The notes: generated by a model not told the origin, from the sequence alone. Numbered from the stretch's first letter, positions 1-9,022 are shown. The stretch is DNA of 38,657 nucleotides from Candidatus Moranbacteria bacterium GW2011_GWC2_37_8 (GCA_000992165.1 LBTS01000026.1:1-38657), one strand, 5' to 3'. Program-made: numbers and translations.

Positions 1-92
1 ACCCGTTTGCCAAGGGCCTAAACCCTTTCGACTTGCATGCCTTATCCACGCCGCCAGCGTTCATCCTGAGCTAGGATCAAACTCTCAATAAA
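1..92 (-). rRNA. rrs: 16S rRNA gene, 5' end (runs off the window edge)
   Basis: Reverse complement reads AGAGTTTGATCCTAGCTCAGGATGAACGCTGGCGGCGTGGATAAGGCATGCAAGTCGAA...GGCAAACGGGT, the canonical 16S 5' region; exact 5' end estimated from E. coli numbering. Confidence 0.97.
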
Positions 93-251
93 TAGATTTT
101 ACAAAAGCGAACTTTTGCAAATCAGGTATCATCTTTATTTAAAGAAAAGATGCAAAACTTATAAGCTCAAACAAACAACCAGTGAATCAATATTGCTATT
201 GATTCGAAGGACTAACCGCAACAAATTGCGATTAGTACTATTATTACAACT

Positions 252-263
252 TTTTAAAGTTCA
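252..263 (-). promoter_or_regulatory. rRNA leader boxA-like antitermination site
   Basis: TGAACTTTAAAA on the minus strand between the rRNA promoter and the 16S gene, preceded by a small CAGGG/CCCTG hairpin (boxB-like). Confidence 0.5.
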
Positions 264-435
264 CATTTTTTACTTTCCAGGGCTATACCCTGAGAGTATA
301 AAAAACACATCCTCACACACATCATTTCGATATGTATCGGGATGTATTTTTTGCATCACCCGAATTTTCAAATATTTCGTTTTTGCGTCGATGTTTCTTA
401 CGAATTTAACATCTGCTATTCCTGATTGCTTAAAC

Positions 436-464
436 AGTTTAGCAAGGTAAAAATAACTTGTCAA
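436..464 (-). promoter_or_regulatory. sigma70-type rRNA promoter
   Basis: TTGACA-17 bp-TAAACT with extended -10 TG, about 340 nt upstream of the 16S gene. Confidence 0.75.
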
Positions 465-559
465 GTGTTTTAGCTTAAATTCTGAAATACTTTTTTATCC
501 CACTATTTTATCCCTTTAAATAGCTGTTTTTTGCCGCCTGTCAGTAAAAATAGTTTATC

Positions 560-1300
560 CTATTTATCCAAAGATGGCAAGCCAAATTTCATACTTTCGC
601 CTGAATTTAAAAATGCTCTGATATATTCAAACTCTTTCTTAGCGATTTCAACAGTGTCGCACTCACTTTCAATAATAATTGGAAGATTTTGATCAAAAAT
701 CGCTTCCATAATTTCACGCTGCCCCGTTTGAAAAAGTGGATCGTGCGATTTTTCAAACCCACTCACATGAACCTCCATGATTCTATCCCTAAAAGCATCT
801 ATCATATCATGAGCTAAATGCATAGTAGGATCATTAGTATAACAATGATTCAAATCAAGAACCATTGGTGCATCTGCCTTTTCAAAAATCTCCTGCATGC
901 TTTCCACGTATTTTCCTATTTCTTTTTTCCAATCCATATTTTCAATCAAAACAGGGAAAGTGTAGTTTTCAAAAATCGCCCATTCACCTATTTCATCAGG
1001 ATGAAAAACAATCGCATTGACTTTCACTTTAGCGCAAAACTCTTCGAAAATATCCAACGTCTGCCTGAACTTGATCATACTATTGGTATCATAGCGATCA
1101 AAGTTTGGAGCATGGATTGAAACATATCGAAATCCTGCAAAATCTTCCTGCTCCAGCTGCAAGAGTTTTGGCGCTTCGTCCATGTCCACAATTGTAAGTT
1201 CAATCGCGTTAGCGCCTATCTTCCGAAACACATCAAAAGTCTCCGGCGAAAGTCGGTCATGCGTTTTATATAAATCACCTGTTGAAAATCCTAAAATCAT
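560..1300 (-). CDS. TIM-barrel protein, AP endonuclease 2 / xylose isomerase-like family
   Basis: SIHAP, VFHPD, LIENM, LDLNH, EVHVS and IIIE metal-binding motifs in the expected order. Confidence 0.75.
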   Translation of the reverse strand: MILGFSTGDLYKTHDRLSPETFDVFRKIGANAIELTIVDMDEAPKLLQLEQEDFAGFRYVSIHAPNFDRYDTNSMIKFRQTLDIFEEFCAKVKVNAIVFHPDEIGEWAIFENYTFPVLIENMDWKKEIGKYVESMQEIFEKADAPMVLDLNHCYTNDPTMHLAHDMIDAFRDRIMEVHVSGFEKSHDPLFQTGQREIMEAIFDQNLPIIIESECDTVEIAKKEFEYIRAFLNSGESMKFGLPSLDK

Positions 1301-1310
1301 AGACAGATTA

Positions 1311-1337
1311 CTAGGCTTTAGCTTTTTAGCTTCTTAG
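1311..1337. repeat. 8-mer TAGCTTTT tandem repeat, single arm
   Basis: ctaggctttagctttttagcttcttag; same family as 12725, 14926, 23504, 26252, 26833 and 29997. Confidence 0.85.
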
Positions 1338-1380
1338 AAAATACATCATCCACTACCATATGAAGTAGAATGGTAGTAAA

Positions 1381-2637
1381 TTATTCTATATCAACCGCGT
1401 TTTCTTTGCAAATCTTTGCGTACTCATAAAAACTCCTGCGAGGTTTTCTTTCAAGCGTCTTATAATCAATTTCAATCAATCCAAATTTTGGTTCATATCC
1501 ATAAAGCCATTCGAGATTGTCCATCAGTGACCAAAAATTGTATCCCCTGACATCAACTCCTTCATTTATAGCCCTTTGTACAGATGCCAAATGCTCTTTA
1601 ATATATTTAATTCTGTCGTCATCATCAATTCCCGCTCTTGTTGGTGTTCCGTTTTCAGTTATATATATCGGCAACTTAAATTTTTTACTCGCCTGCTTCA
1701 ACACCTTATACATTCCCTCTGGATATGAAATCCACTTCATCACATTATTTTTATCTTCTTCAATAGTGAAACCGAAATATGTTTGATTTCTGGAATCCAT
1801 TTTCATATTCCTCCAATCAAACTTAATCTTTCCTAAACGATAATAATCAATTCCAATATAATCCTGAAAACCTCTGATTTTATTTCCCAACAAATCAATA
1901 CGATACCATTGCGCAAGCCTATTGATAGAATTGAGTAAAATCCCAAACCCTTCAGATTCATACCAATTATACAGATACGTTATTCCGACTTGTGCATCAG
2001 GTTTGATTTGATGAATTCTTTCATATGTTTTCCTGTGCGCCTTTGCAATATTATTCACAGCGCAAATAAATTTATACGGATTCATAAATCCAGGCGGAAA
2101 TGACCCAGCCAAAAAACCTTGCCCGAGAGGAACCATCGGTTCATTGAATGTTATATACATATCAATAAGGTCCCCAAGTTCTTGAGTAATTTTTTCCGCA
2201 TAGCGCACAAAAACCTCTGCAGAATCTTTTTTATGAAGTCCGTATTTTTCCTGAAACCAACTTGGACTAGTCCAATGCCAGAGAGTCACCTGCGTTTTTA
2301 TGTTTCGTTTTTTCAAATCTTGCAAAATCGCGCGATAATGTTCAATAGCTTCCTGATCAAATTTTCCTTCTTCAGGTTCTACTCGCGCCCATTCTATTCC
2401 AAGCCGAAAAGCACCACAACCAAGTTCACTGAGCAATTCATGATCACTTTCATATCTATTCCAATAATCGCAAGCTATGCCTGATTCATTATCTGCCTTG
2501 CCCTCCTTCTCCCATTGCCACCAATCAGAATTAGAATTTCCACCCTCAACTTGATAAGCCGAAGTTGCCACCCCCCACAAAAACCCCGAAGGAAAAAGCA
2601 ACTTATTTTTTCTATTTTCACTTTTATTAATTTCCAT
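1381..2637 (-). CDS. glycoside hydrolase family 1 (beta-glucosidase-like)
   Basis: FLWGVATSAYQVEG N-terminus, TFNEP acid/base motif, ITENG nucleophile motif, WSLMDNLEW. Confidence 0.95.
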   Translation of the reverse strand: MEINKSENRKNKLLFPSGFLWGVATSAYQVEGGNSNSDWWQWEKEGKADNESGIACDYWNRYESDHELLSELGCGAFRLGIEWARVEPEEGKFDQEAIEHYRAILQDLKKRNIKTQVTLWHWTSPSWFQEKYGLHKKDSAEVFVRYAEKITQELGDLIDMYITFNEPMVPLGQGFLAGSFPPGFMNPYKFICAVNNIAKAHRKTYERIHQIKPDAQVGITYLYNWYESEGFGILLNSINRLAQWYRIDLLGNKIRGFQDYIGIDYYRLGKIKFDWRNMKMDSRNQTYFGFTIEEDKNNVMKWISYPEGMYKVLKQASKKFKLPIYITENGTPTRAGIDDDDRIKYIKEHLASVQRAINEGVDVRGYNFWSLMDNLEWLYGYEPKFGLIEIDYKTLERKPRRSFYEYAKICKENAVDIE

Positions 2638-2731
2638 TTCTATTTTATTTATACTTAAATTTAGAATCGGCGGCTTTTCCTATGGAGCAAGCTCTTTTGG
2701 AAATTGAAGTTTTTTCATAGTATTTTTCTTT

Positions 2732-3562
2732 TTATTTTAACAATTTTTTATCCTGCGGACTTTTCAAATAATTATATTTACTAACAACTGATTTCCCCAA
2801 TCTCTTTTCCAGATTTTTTCTAGCGCCTCCTGCGATATCGCCACCAGCTTTGGCATCAGCCTTGAGCTTAGCGGTTCCTTTTGAATCTTCAACGCGATGA
2901 ATTTCTGTCTTTGACCGCTCTCCAAGCATCGTGAAAATCAATTCGAAGTCGTCCATGTGGTCGCGCAAATTTTCTCTCTTCAATCCTTTGAATTTTTTGT
3001 ATTCATCTGGCGTGACACCAAAAGTCGCCTTGGAAATCTCCGCTGTCAAAATTTCATAGTCTCTTTGCTCGCGTGCTCCACGCTTTTGCCACTCATCAGT
3101 CAGCTCCTCGCGAATTGCAATCCCGCGCATTCGCTTTCCAATCCAATCATCAGAATATCCTTTTGCTTTATACAAAAATCTTGTTCTCTTTGTTGCCAAC
3201 TCTGGATTTTCAATTTCCTGCACTCTTTCAAATCCAGTTTTTGCCAGCCATCGCTTGATAGGTTCAGCCTTTGGTGATGGAATTGATTGTATAATGCGAA
3301 ATAATTGTTCAACATTGCCGGCAAGTGTTTTTCTTTTTTTACCAGATTCAGTCTCCATTTCTACCTGGGGACAATTTGTCCCTATGTACAATCCAACTTC
3401 AATATCTCTCTTTCGTAATTTTTTCAGATAATCTGTAGCATTTTTTGAATCTGTCAAAGACTCAACAATGTCCACAACTGAAAAATACCACTCGTTCTTA
3501 TGAATTTGTTTTCTAATTTTTTTGTCTTGAAACAGCACGATTTTTGTTATTTTTTCATCCAT
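2732..3562 (-). CDS. Bro-N domain DNA-binding protein (phage antirepressor-like)
   Basis: WYFSVVDIVESLT, RIIQSIPSPKAEP and ENLRDHM motifs typical of this family. Confidence 0.8.
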   Translation of the reverse strand: MDEKITKIVLFQDKKIRKQIHKNEWYFSVVDIVESLTDSKNATDYLKKLRKRDIEVGLYIGTNCPQVEMETESGKKRKTLAGNVEQLFRIIQSIPSPKAEPIKRWLAKTGFERVQEIENPELATKRTRFLYKAKGYSDDWIGKRMRGIAIREELTDEWQKRGAREQRDYEILTAEISKATFGVTPDEYKKFKGLKRENLRDHMDDFELIFTMLGERSKTEIHRVEDSKGTAKLKADAKAGGDIAGGARKNLEKRLGKSVVSKYNYLKSPQDKKLLK

Positions 3563-3634
3563 TTTTTCGTTTTAAATTGTTACAGTGATATCATAACACT
3601 ATAACAAAAACGTATCAACCAAAACTGTGTATAA

Positions 3635-4051
3635 CTACAAAACCATTTCAATAAATTCCCTACTGGACGGCAAGAATTCGAAATTATCCAAGTCATTTTC
3701 ATTTGCCCATTTCAAATCATTAATCTTCTTGTCATTCAAATGAAGTTTACCATCAATCAGTTTACAACAATAGCAAAGCACAATGGTGTGTTGATGTTTG
3801 TCAGCATACTCCCAAACCTTGGAAATTGTCTTTGGCAAAAGATTTACAATCTGCACATTCAATCCTGTTTCCTCCAGAATTTCCCTAACAAGCGTTTCCT
3901 CAAGACTTTCTCCAAATTCATTCTTTCCTCCTGGCAAATCCCATTTCAAATGCACCTCCGGAAGTTCCTCTTCGAAACGCTGACTGATCAGGATCTCGCC
4001 GTTATCATTCTCAACAATCCCAAGTACAACAAGTTTAGATGTCAATTTCAT
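3635..4051 (-). CDS. NUDIX hydrolase (MutT-like)
   Basis: Nudix box GGKNEFGESLEETLVREILEETGL; start at 4051 chosen for the ATGA overlap with the upstream gene (ORF track starts at 4072). Confidence 0.9.
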   Translation of the reverse strand: MKLTSKLVVLGIVENDNGEILISQRFEEELPEVHLKWDLPGGKNEFGESLEETLVREILEETGLNVQIVNLLPKTISKVWEYADKHQHTIVLCYCCKLIDGKLHLNDKKINDLKWANENDLDNFEFLPSSREFIEMVL

Positions 4052-4707
4052 AGATTTATATATTTTTCCCACAATTTTTTAACAGCTTCATCATGATTTT
4101 CTGGTTGTACTCTTAATATCCTTAATCTTTCCAGATATAAATCATGATATTCTTCAAAACTGATCTTCTTGTCAATAAATAACATATCGTACTTTAAAAT
4201 ATTGTTTTCTTTTTCCTGTATTAATTCTACTTTTGCATATCTTTGTGCATTTTGCGAAAAATCAAACGGGATACAATTAACTTCATCATTAAAAACATTG
4301 GCTGCCAATGTTTTAATTCTACTGTAACGAGTAAATTCAAATATTAAATTTATCTTTTCAAATTCAATATTTTCTTTTTCAATGATCTCTTTTGCAAAAA
4401 TTAAGTTTTCCAAAGTAGAAATAGATTTGCTTTCTGCAACCAATTTCCAATCTCCCGTGAATTCCTTGCACTGCTTTCTATTCATCAATATATCAAAAAG
4501 CCTAATCATCTCTTCTGCTTCCGTGCGTTCATACGGCTCAAGCATGTCTGTTTTTCCTCCGCAAAATATTATCACTGGAGCAATTTTTTCTTTTGCTGAA
4601 ATATCAAAAATAGCATTAAAGGCCATTTTCAAATAGATATTATAGTTTTCATCTTTTATAATATCTCTAGGAATTCCATAACCTGAGATAACAAATATAT
4701 TGTTCAT
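4048..4707 (-). CDS. YdcF/DUF218-like protein
   Basis: IIFCGG, TEAEEM and ESKSISTLENL motifs. Confidence 0.7.
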   Translation of the reverse strand: MNNIFVISGYGIPRDIIKDENYNIYLKMAFNAIFDISAKEKIAPVIIFCGGKTDMLEPYERTEAEEMIRLFDILMNRKQCKEFTGDWKLVAESKSISTLENLIFAKEIIEKENIEFEKINLIFEFTRYSRIKTLAANVFNDEVNCIPFDFSQNAQRYAKVELIQEKENNILKYDMLFIDKKISFEEYHDLYLERLRILRVQPENHDEAVKKLWEKYINL

Positions 4708-4709
4708 AT

Positions 4710-5105
4710 TTATATCAAAATCAAATCCTTATACTTCTCATCATTTTCAGTGGTATATTCCACAACCTCCAACATAATTTTATCTTCCATATTTTTCGGC
4801 AAAGCTATAATCTGAAAATTCTTCGGCCCCACTCGCATGGCAAATTTCAAATCAGTAACAAAATCATATTTCAAGTATTTGGTCACGAATTTATCCGTAA
4901 AACCGATATGGAATTTTGTAGGTTTCGGTGCCATGGCATGCAAAACAACAATCTTATCCCAAGACTGAATCACAGCTTCATTATATTCCTCATCTTTCTC
5001 CGGATTGATTGGCATAGCCTTTTTATTCCCAGCAACATACACGCTGGCAATTTCCGGCCAATTCTTATCTCCAATCAGATTGTTTTCCAACTTAAAATTT
5101 TTCAT
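4710..5105 (-). CDS. hypothetical protein
   Basis: 131-aa ORF tightly packed in a co-directional gene run. Confidence 0.7.
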   Translation of the reverse strand: MKNFKLENNLIGDKNWPEIASVYVAGNKKAMPINPEKDEEYNEAVIQSWDKIVVLHAMAPKPTKFHIGFTDKFVTKYLKYDFVTDLKFAMRVGPKNFQIIALPKNMEDKIMLEVVEYTTENDEKYKDLILI

Positions 5106-5114
5106 AGCATTTTA

Positions 5115-5138
5115 TCATTCTGGGCTTGATCCGGAATT
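5115..5138. repeat. degenerate REP-like palindrome (GTCATTCCGGACTTGATCCGGAATC family)
   Basis: tcattctgggcttgatccggaatt resembles the left unit at 11811. Confidence 0.6.
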
Positions 5139-5147
5139 TCCTGATAA

Positions 5148-5720
5148 TTAAACTATTTCAAACCATTTCTTTAACATTTCATATTGAGGTCTCATTATCT
5201 CTCTCTCCTCTTCAAAAAATATTTTATCTTGAAAATCACGCTGGATTTTTCCACTAAACTTTTTCATCAATTCAGCAAAAGGTTTTTTACTTATATATGC
5301 CATCCAAACATAATGCGCGGTGGTGAAATGAGCCATGGCATCGGCAGTTGCCACGATTTTCTGCTCAAGTGTTTCAGGCAAATAGCTTTTCACCCTATGC
5401 GTCAAAATCACATCCCTAACTTTAGCTGCGATTTCTTCTGAATATCCTCTTTCAAACAAAATTTTGTATGCCTTTTCTGAGCCGACAGTGTCATGATTTT
5501 CAATATCGTCAAATTGACCAATGTCATGCAAAACAGCAGCCAGCCACACAATTTCCAAATCGGCTTCATATTTAACCGCAAGTTTCTTTGCAATATCGAT
5601 AACTGGCTTCAAATGCACATTCCAAAACGACATCAGATTATCGTCAAAATTTTCGAAATACAATCTTTTAATCTCATCTTCAAATTGTTGGGTTTTCTCT
5701 TGATCCATATTTTTTTGCAT
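5148..5720 (-). CDS. HD-domain phosphohydrolase, paralog of 12834..13415
   Basis: H...LHD...H...H...ADA HD signature. Confidence 0.85.
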   Translation of the reverse strand: MQKNMDQEKTQQFEDEIKRLYFENFDDNLMSFWNVHLKPVIDIAKKLAVKYEADLEIVWLAAVLHDIGQFDDIENHDTVGSEKAYKILFERGYSEEIAAKVRDVILTHRVKSYLPETLEQKIVATADAMAHFTTAHYVWMAYISKKPFAELMKKFSGKIQRDFQDKIFFEEEREIMRPQYEMLKKWFEIV

Positions 5721-5723
5721 TTA

Positions 5724-5756
5724 TACATTATACAAAATACAAGATATACATTATAC
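5724..5756. repeat. 7-mer TACA(T/A)NA tandem repeat
   Basis: tacatta tacaaaa tacaaga ta tacatta tac between serS and the HD gene. Confidence 0.55.
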
Positions 5757-5762
5757 TTTCAG

Positions 5763-7049
5763 CTATTTTTTAGAAATAGTTGAAATCCCTCCCGGCATGT
5801 ATTTCCTCAAAGCTTCCGGAATCACCACTGATCCGTCGGCTTGTTGGAAGTTTTCTAGGATTGCAATGAATGGCCGCGGTGAAGGAAGCACGGTGTTGTT
5901 CAGCATGAAGACATGTTTCTTTTCTCCATTAGCGTCGACATATTTCACATTAAGTCTTCTTGCTTGCCAATCCAAAAAGTTTGAAGCTGATCCTGTTTCG
6001 CCGTAACCGTCACGAGAAGGCATCCAGGCTTCAATATCATAAGCCCTATACTTTCCTGCACTCATGTCGCCTGAACAAATCTTCAATACGCGGTATGGAA
6101 GTCCCAACTCTGCGTGAATTTCTTTAGAAATTTCCAGCATAGCATCATGCATCTTGATAGATTTTTCCGTGTCAGCCTCCATCAAAACCACTTGCTCAAC
6201 TTTCATAAATTCATGTACGCGATAAAGGCCTTTGGTGTCTTTCCCATAAGATCCAATTTCGCTTCGATAACACTGTGAATATCCACAAAGCTTAATTGGC
6301 AATTGTTCAGCCTTTAAAGTTTCATCCGCAAAATATGCGCAAAGCGGCGCTTCAGCAGTTCCAACCAGGAATTTTTTCTCTTTGCTATCTTTTCCGTCAG
6401 CTTCCTTGTCTCCGCTTGCAACTTCATAAACCTCATCAACTGCGCTGTCATATTCCAAGCCTTTGAAATATCCTGTTCCAAAAAGTGCAGCGCCTTTCAC
6501 AAGAGTCGGAGGAATCATCGGAGAATATCCTTTTTCAATCATCTTATTCACAGCGTACATCATCAGTGCCATCATCAAACTCACACCTTCATTTTTCACA
6601 TAATATCCGCGGAATCCTGCAACCTTAGTTCCTTTTTCCAAATCCAAAATATCCAAATCTTTTCCGATTTGAATATGATCCTTGATTGCAAAATCGAATT
6701 TCGGAATTTCTCCACTTCTATCAATTTCAATATTGTCTTCATCTGATTTTCCAATTGGAGTATCGGCGGAAATAATATTCGGAACTTTCACCATCAATTC
6801 TTCAAATTTCTGTTTGATGATTTTATATTGAGGTTCTTTGTTTTCAAGTTTCAATTTAATATCTTTTCCTTTCTCGATAATTTCTTTTCTCTCTTCGTCA
6901 ATTGCGAGCAATTGCTCAATTTCTTGAAGCAAGTTTATTCTTTCCTTGTCTACTTCTAAAAGCTCATCCAGATTCAAACTGATATTTTTTTTCTCAATTG
7001 CGTCTTTAATTTTTTCCTGATTCTCACGAATGAATTTTATATCTAACAT
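5763..7049 (-). CDS. serS: seryl-tRNA synthetase
   Basis: MLDIKFIREN start, GTAE, YRSEIGSYGKDTKGLYRVHEF, YDIEAW, QARRL. Confidence 0.97.
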   Translation of the reverse strand: MLDIKFIRENQEKIKDAIEKKNISLNLDELLEVDKERINLLQEIEQLLAIDEERKEIIEKGKDIKLKLENKEPQYKIIKQKFEELMVKVPNIISADTPIGKSDEDNIEIDRSGEIPKFDFAIKDHIQIGKDLDILDLEKGTKVAGFRGYYVKNEGVSLMMALMMYAVNKMIEKGYSPMIPPTLVKGAALFGTGYFKGLEYDSAVDEVYEVASGDKEADGKDSKEKKFLVGTAEAPLCAYFADETLKAEQLPIKLCGYSQCYRSEIGSYGKDTKGLYRVHEFMKVEQVVLMEADTEKSIKMHDAMLEISKEIHAELGLPYRVLKICSGDMSAGKYRAYDIEAWMPSRDGYGETGSASNFLDWQARRLNVKYVDANGEKKHVFMLNNTVLPSPRPFIAILENFQQADGSVVIPEALRKYMPGGISTISKK

Positions 7050-7175
7050 CTTGGTTATAGAAAATTTAATCTTTAATAGCTTGAATTAATATATCAATTT
7101 TATCCCTATTTCAAGCTTAAAGCAAGCCACAACGCACCCATATTACATATCTTAAAGCATTATTTTCCATATGCC

Positions 7176-7204
7176 TTGACTTTTAAGCCAAAAGGATGTA
7201 TAAT
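7176..7204 (+). promoter_or_regulatory. sigma70 promoter for the small ORF at 7240
   Basis: TTGACT-17 bp-TATAAT. Confidence 0.7.
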
Positions 7205-7239
7205 AATAGAAAGTATCTACACCATAAAAGGAGCCCACC

Positions 7240-7383
7240 ATGCCATATCCAACTGAGACAATTAACCAGGAGGAACTTAAAGCAGCAATCGATAAGGAAA
7301 AACGTCGTCTCGCTACAGATAAAATCCTTCCCAGAAAAACATCTTCGGAATCATCCGATGTGTCCGACTCCCAATCTTCGTGA
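7240..7383 (+). CDS. 47-aa small protein (not in the ORF track)
   Basis: AAGGAG SD before ATG; MPYPTETINQEELKAAIDKEKRRLATDKILPRKTSSESSDVSDSQSS; has its own promoter and terminator. Confidence 0.6.
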   Translation: MPYPTETINQEELKAAIDKEKRRLATDKILPRKTSSESSDVSDSQSS

Positions 7384-7400
7384 TTGGGAGTTTCTTTTTT
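7367..7400 (+). terminator. intrinsic terminator
   Basis: ACTCCCAATC-TTCGT-GATTGGGAGT followed by a T-rich tail. Confidence 0.8.
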
Positions 7401-7461
7401 AAAATCCTCTGGAATCTAAATTGTTTTTGGAGTATAATATAGAAAAAGAAACACAAAAATT

Positions 7462-8943
7462 ATGTCATTTTTTGAATCACACCCTTTTCTTGCTCCGCAT
7501 GAAATTCCAAATTCCAAACCTATTGAAAAAGCTTCGGAAAAAGAAGCTTCTCTTAATGCAGTTAAGATTGAAAAAGAAAATCCCACTGAAAAAACAGCGG
7601 CAGTTTTTCAGCCTTTCGACAGAAGAATAAACGCCGCAAAATTCAATGCGTCTGGATTTGCCAAATATATAGAAATATTACCAGAACCAGGAGAAGAAAA
7701 TGCCGCAAAAACAAATGTAATTTCAGCCAAACAACTACCGCTAAGATCTTTTGAAATACAAAATCATACAACTGATTTCAAAAATCATCCCGCCATCAAA
7801 GAAAGTGAGAAACTATACGAAGCTCATATTGCAAGAGAAAAAGCCGAAAAGAATTTGAAACTTTTCAAGTCCAGGGACATTGATGAGATAATTTCTTTTT
7901 TAAATAACACTGAAAATGAAGATTTGGAATTTCAAAAAGAAATTAAACAAACAAAAACAAACTATGCAGAACAACTTGCTTCAGCAACTTTCCTTGATTC
8001 TAAAGATTGGAAAATACTAACAGGACTCAGACTTTTCAATATGGAAACTTTTGAGCATTCTATAGGAACATACCTGATAGCGAAAAATAAGATTAAGGAA
8101 CGGCTGACTGAAATCGGCATCGAAATTCAGCATGAAGGCGTACGATTAGAACAATTCTATAGAGCCTGTCTTTTTCATGACATAGGTAAAATGGCAATTC
8201 CTGATTTCGTACTAAGTAAAAAGGCAACCAATCTTGATTGGGTTACTGGCTTTATGACGCTAGACGAAGAAGAACGGGTTGCAATTTTAGTCGAAAAAGA
8301 TCTTCCAATTCCTAATGATATTATTTACGGTACACCTCAGGACATGACGAATTATCTTGAAAAAGAAAGAATCAGGGCTATAGATTTCGTACCAGCCAAG
8401 ACATTATTTAATCCTGAAGAAGTGCATGTATTGAAAGATATCTATCCGGAAATGGCAGAGAATGATTCATTAAAGTCATTCTTACGTATTCATGAAAAAA
8501 AATCAGAGGAAATACTCCAAGGACTTGGGTTTATACTTGAAGCATTTCTCGCCGGAAACCACCATAATTACAAGCATGCTGATAAAAAATTAGGAGAAAA
8601 ACCTGCAACATTATCAGCTTTACATATCAGCATTGAAATCGCATCAACAATTCTGCACTTGGCAGATATTCAGCAAGCACTAGACAGTAACAGATCATAT
8701 CACAGCAAACATAACACATTGAGAATAATGGCTTTTCTTGTTGATGACGCAAAAAACGAAATTATTGATTCAAAATTAACAGCTCGCTGGATTAAAGATG
8801 AAATGTTAAAGATAACACCGGAAGAATTAAATGAAATCAGAAATATGCATTCGACCAACACCAATGACAAGGATTTAAAAATGCGACACGAAGACCTTAT
8901 GGCAATTGAAAATTTCCTTGAGAAAAATTTGCAGCAGCTATAA
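7462..8943 (+). CDS. HD-GYP-like phosphohydrolase with a degenerate GYP motif
   Basis: TFEHS, LFHDIGKMAIPDFVLSK, HH and LADIQQALDSNRSY follow the HD-GYP pattern. Confidence 0.7.
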   Translation: MSFFESHPFLAPHEIPNSKPIEKASEKEASLNAVKIEKENPTEKTAAVFQPFDRRINAAKFNASGFAKYIEILPEPGEENAAKTNVISAKQLPLRSFEIQNHTTDFKNHPAIKESEKLYEAHIAREKAEKNLKLFKSRDIDEIISFLNNTENEDLEFQKEIKQTKTNYAEQLASATFLDSKDWKILTGLRLFNMETFEHSIGTYLIAKNKIKERLTEIGIEIQHEGVRLEQFYRACLFHDIGKMAIPDFVLSKKATNLDWVTGFMTLDEEERVAILVEKDLPIPNDIIYGTPQDMTNYLEKERIRAIDFVPAKTLFNPEEVHVLKDIYPEMAENDSLKSFLRIHEKKSEEILQGLGFILEAFLAGNHHNYKHADKKLGEKPATLSALHISIEIASTILHLADIQQALDSNRSYHSKHNTLRIMAFLVDDAKNEIIDSKLTARWIKDEMLKITPEELNEIRNMHSTNTNDKDLKMRHEDLMAIENFLEKNLQQL

Positions 8944-8983
8944 TTCAGGTTTGCAAATTCCGCAAATTCAAATTTATTTATAT

Positions 8984-9019
8984 ATACAAAAAAGACATTT
9001 TAAAATGCCTTTTTTGTAT
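8984..9019 (-). terminator. intrinsic terminator (possibly bidirectional)
   Basis: AAAAAAGGCAT-TTTAAA-ATGTCTTTTTT on the minus strand; the G-U pair works only on that strand. Confidence 0.7.
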
Positions 9020-9022
9020 TTA

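Noticed and set aside
115..464. ORFs 115..450 (+) and 270..464 (-)
   Set aside because: They overlap the rRNA promoter and leader, start at TTG and have no recognisable motifs
2732..3562. Prophage suggested by the Bro-N and baseplate-J-like genes
   Set aside because: The two genes are 25 kb apart among housekeeping genes, with no integrase, terminase, capsid or tail genes
7196..7630. ORFs 7196..7402 and 7421..7630 (+)
   Set aside because: They start inside promoter sequence and overlap better-supported frames (7240..7383 and 7462..8943)
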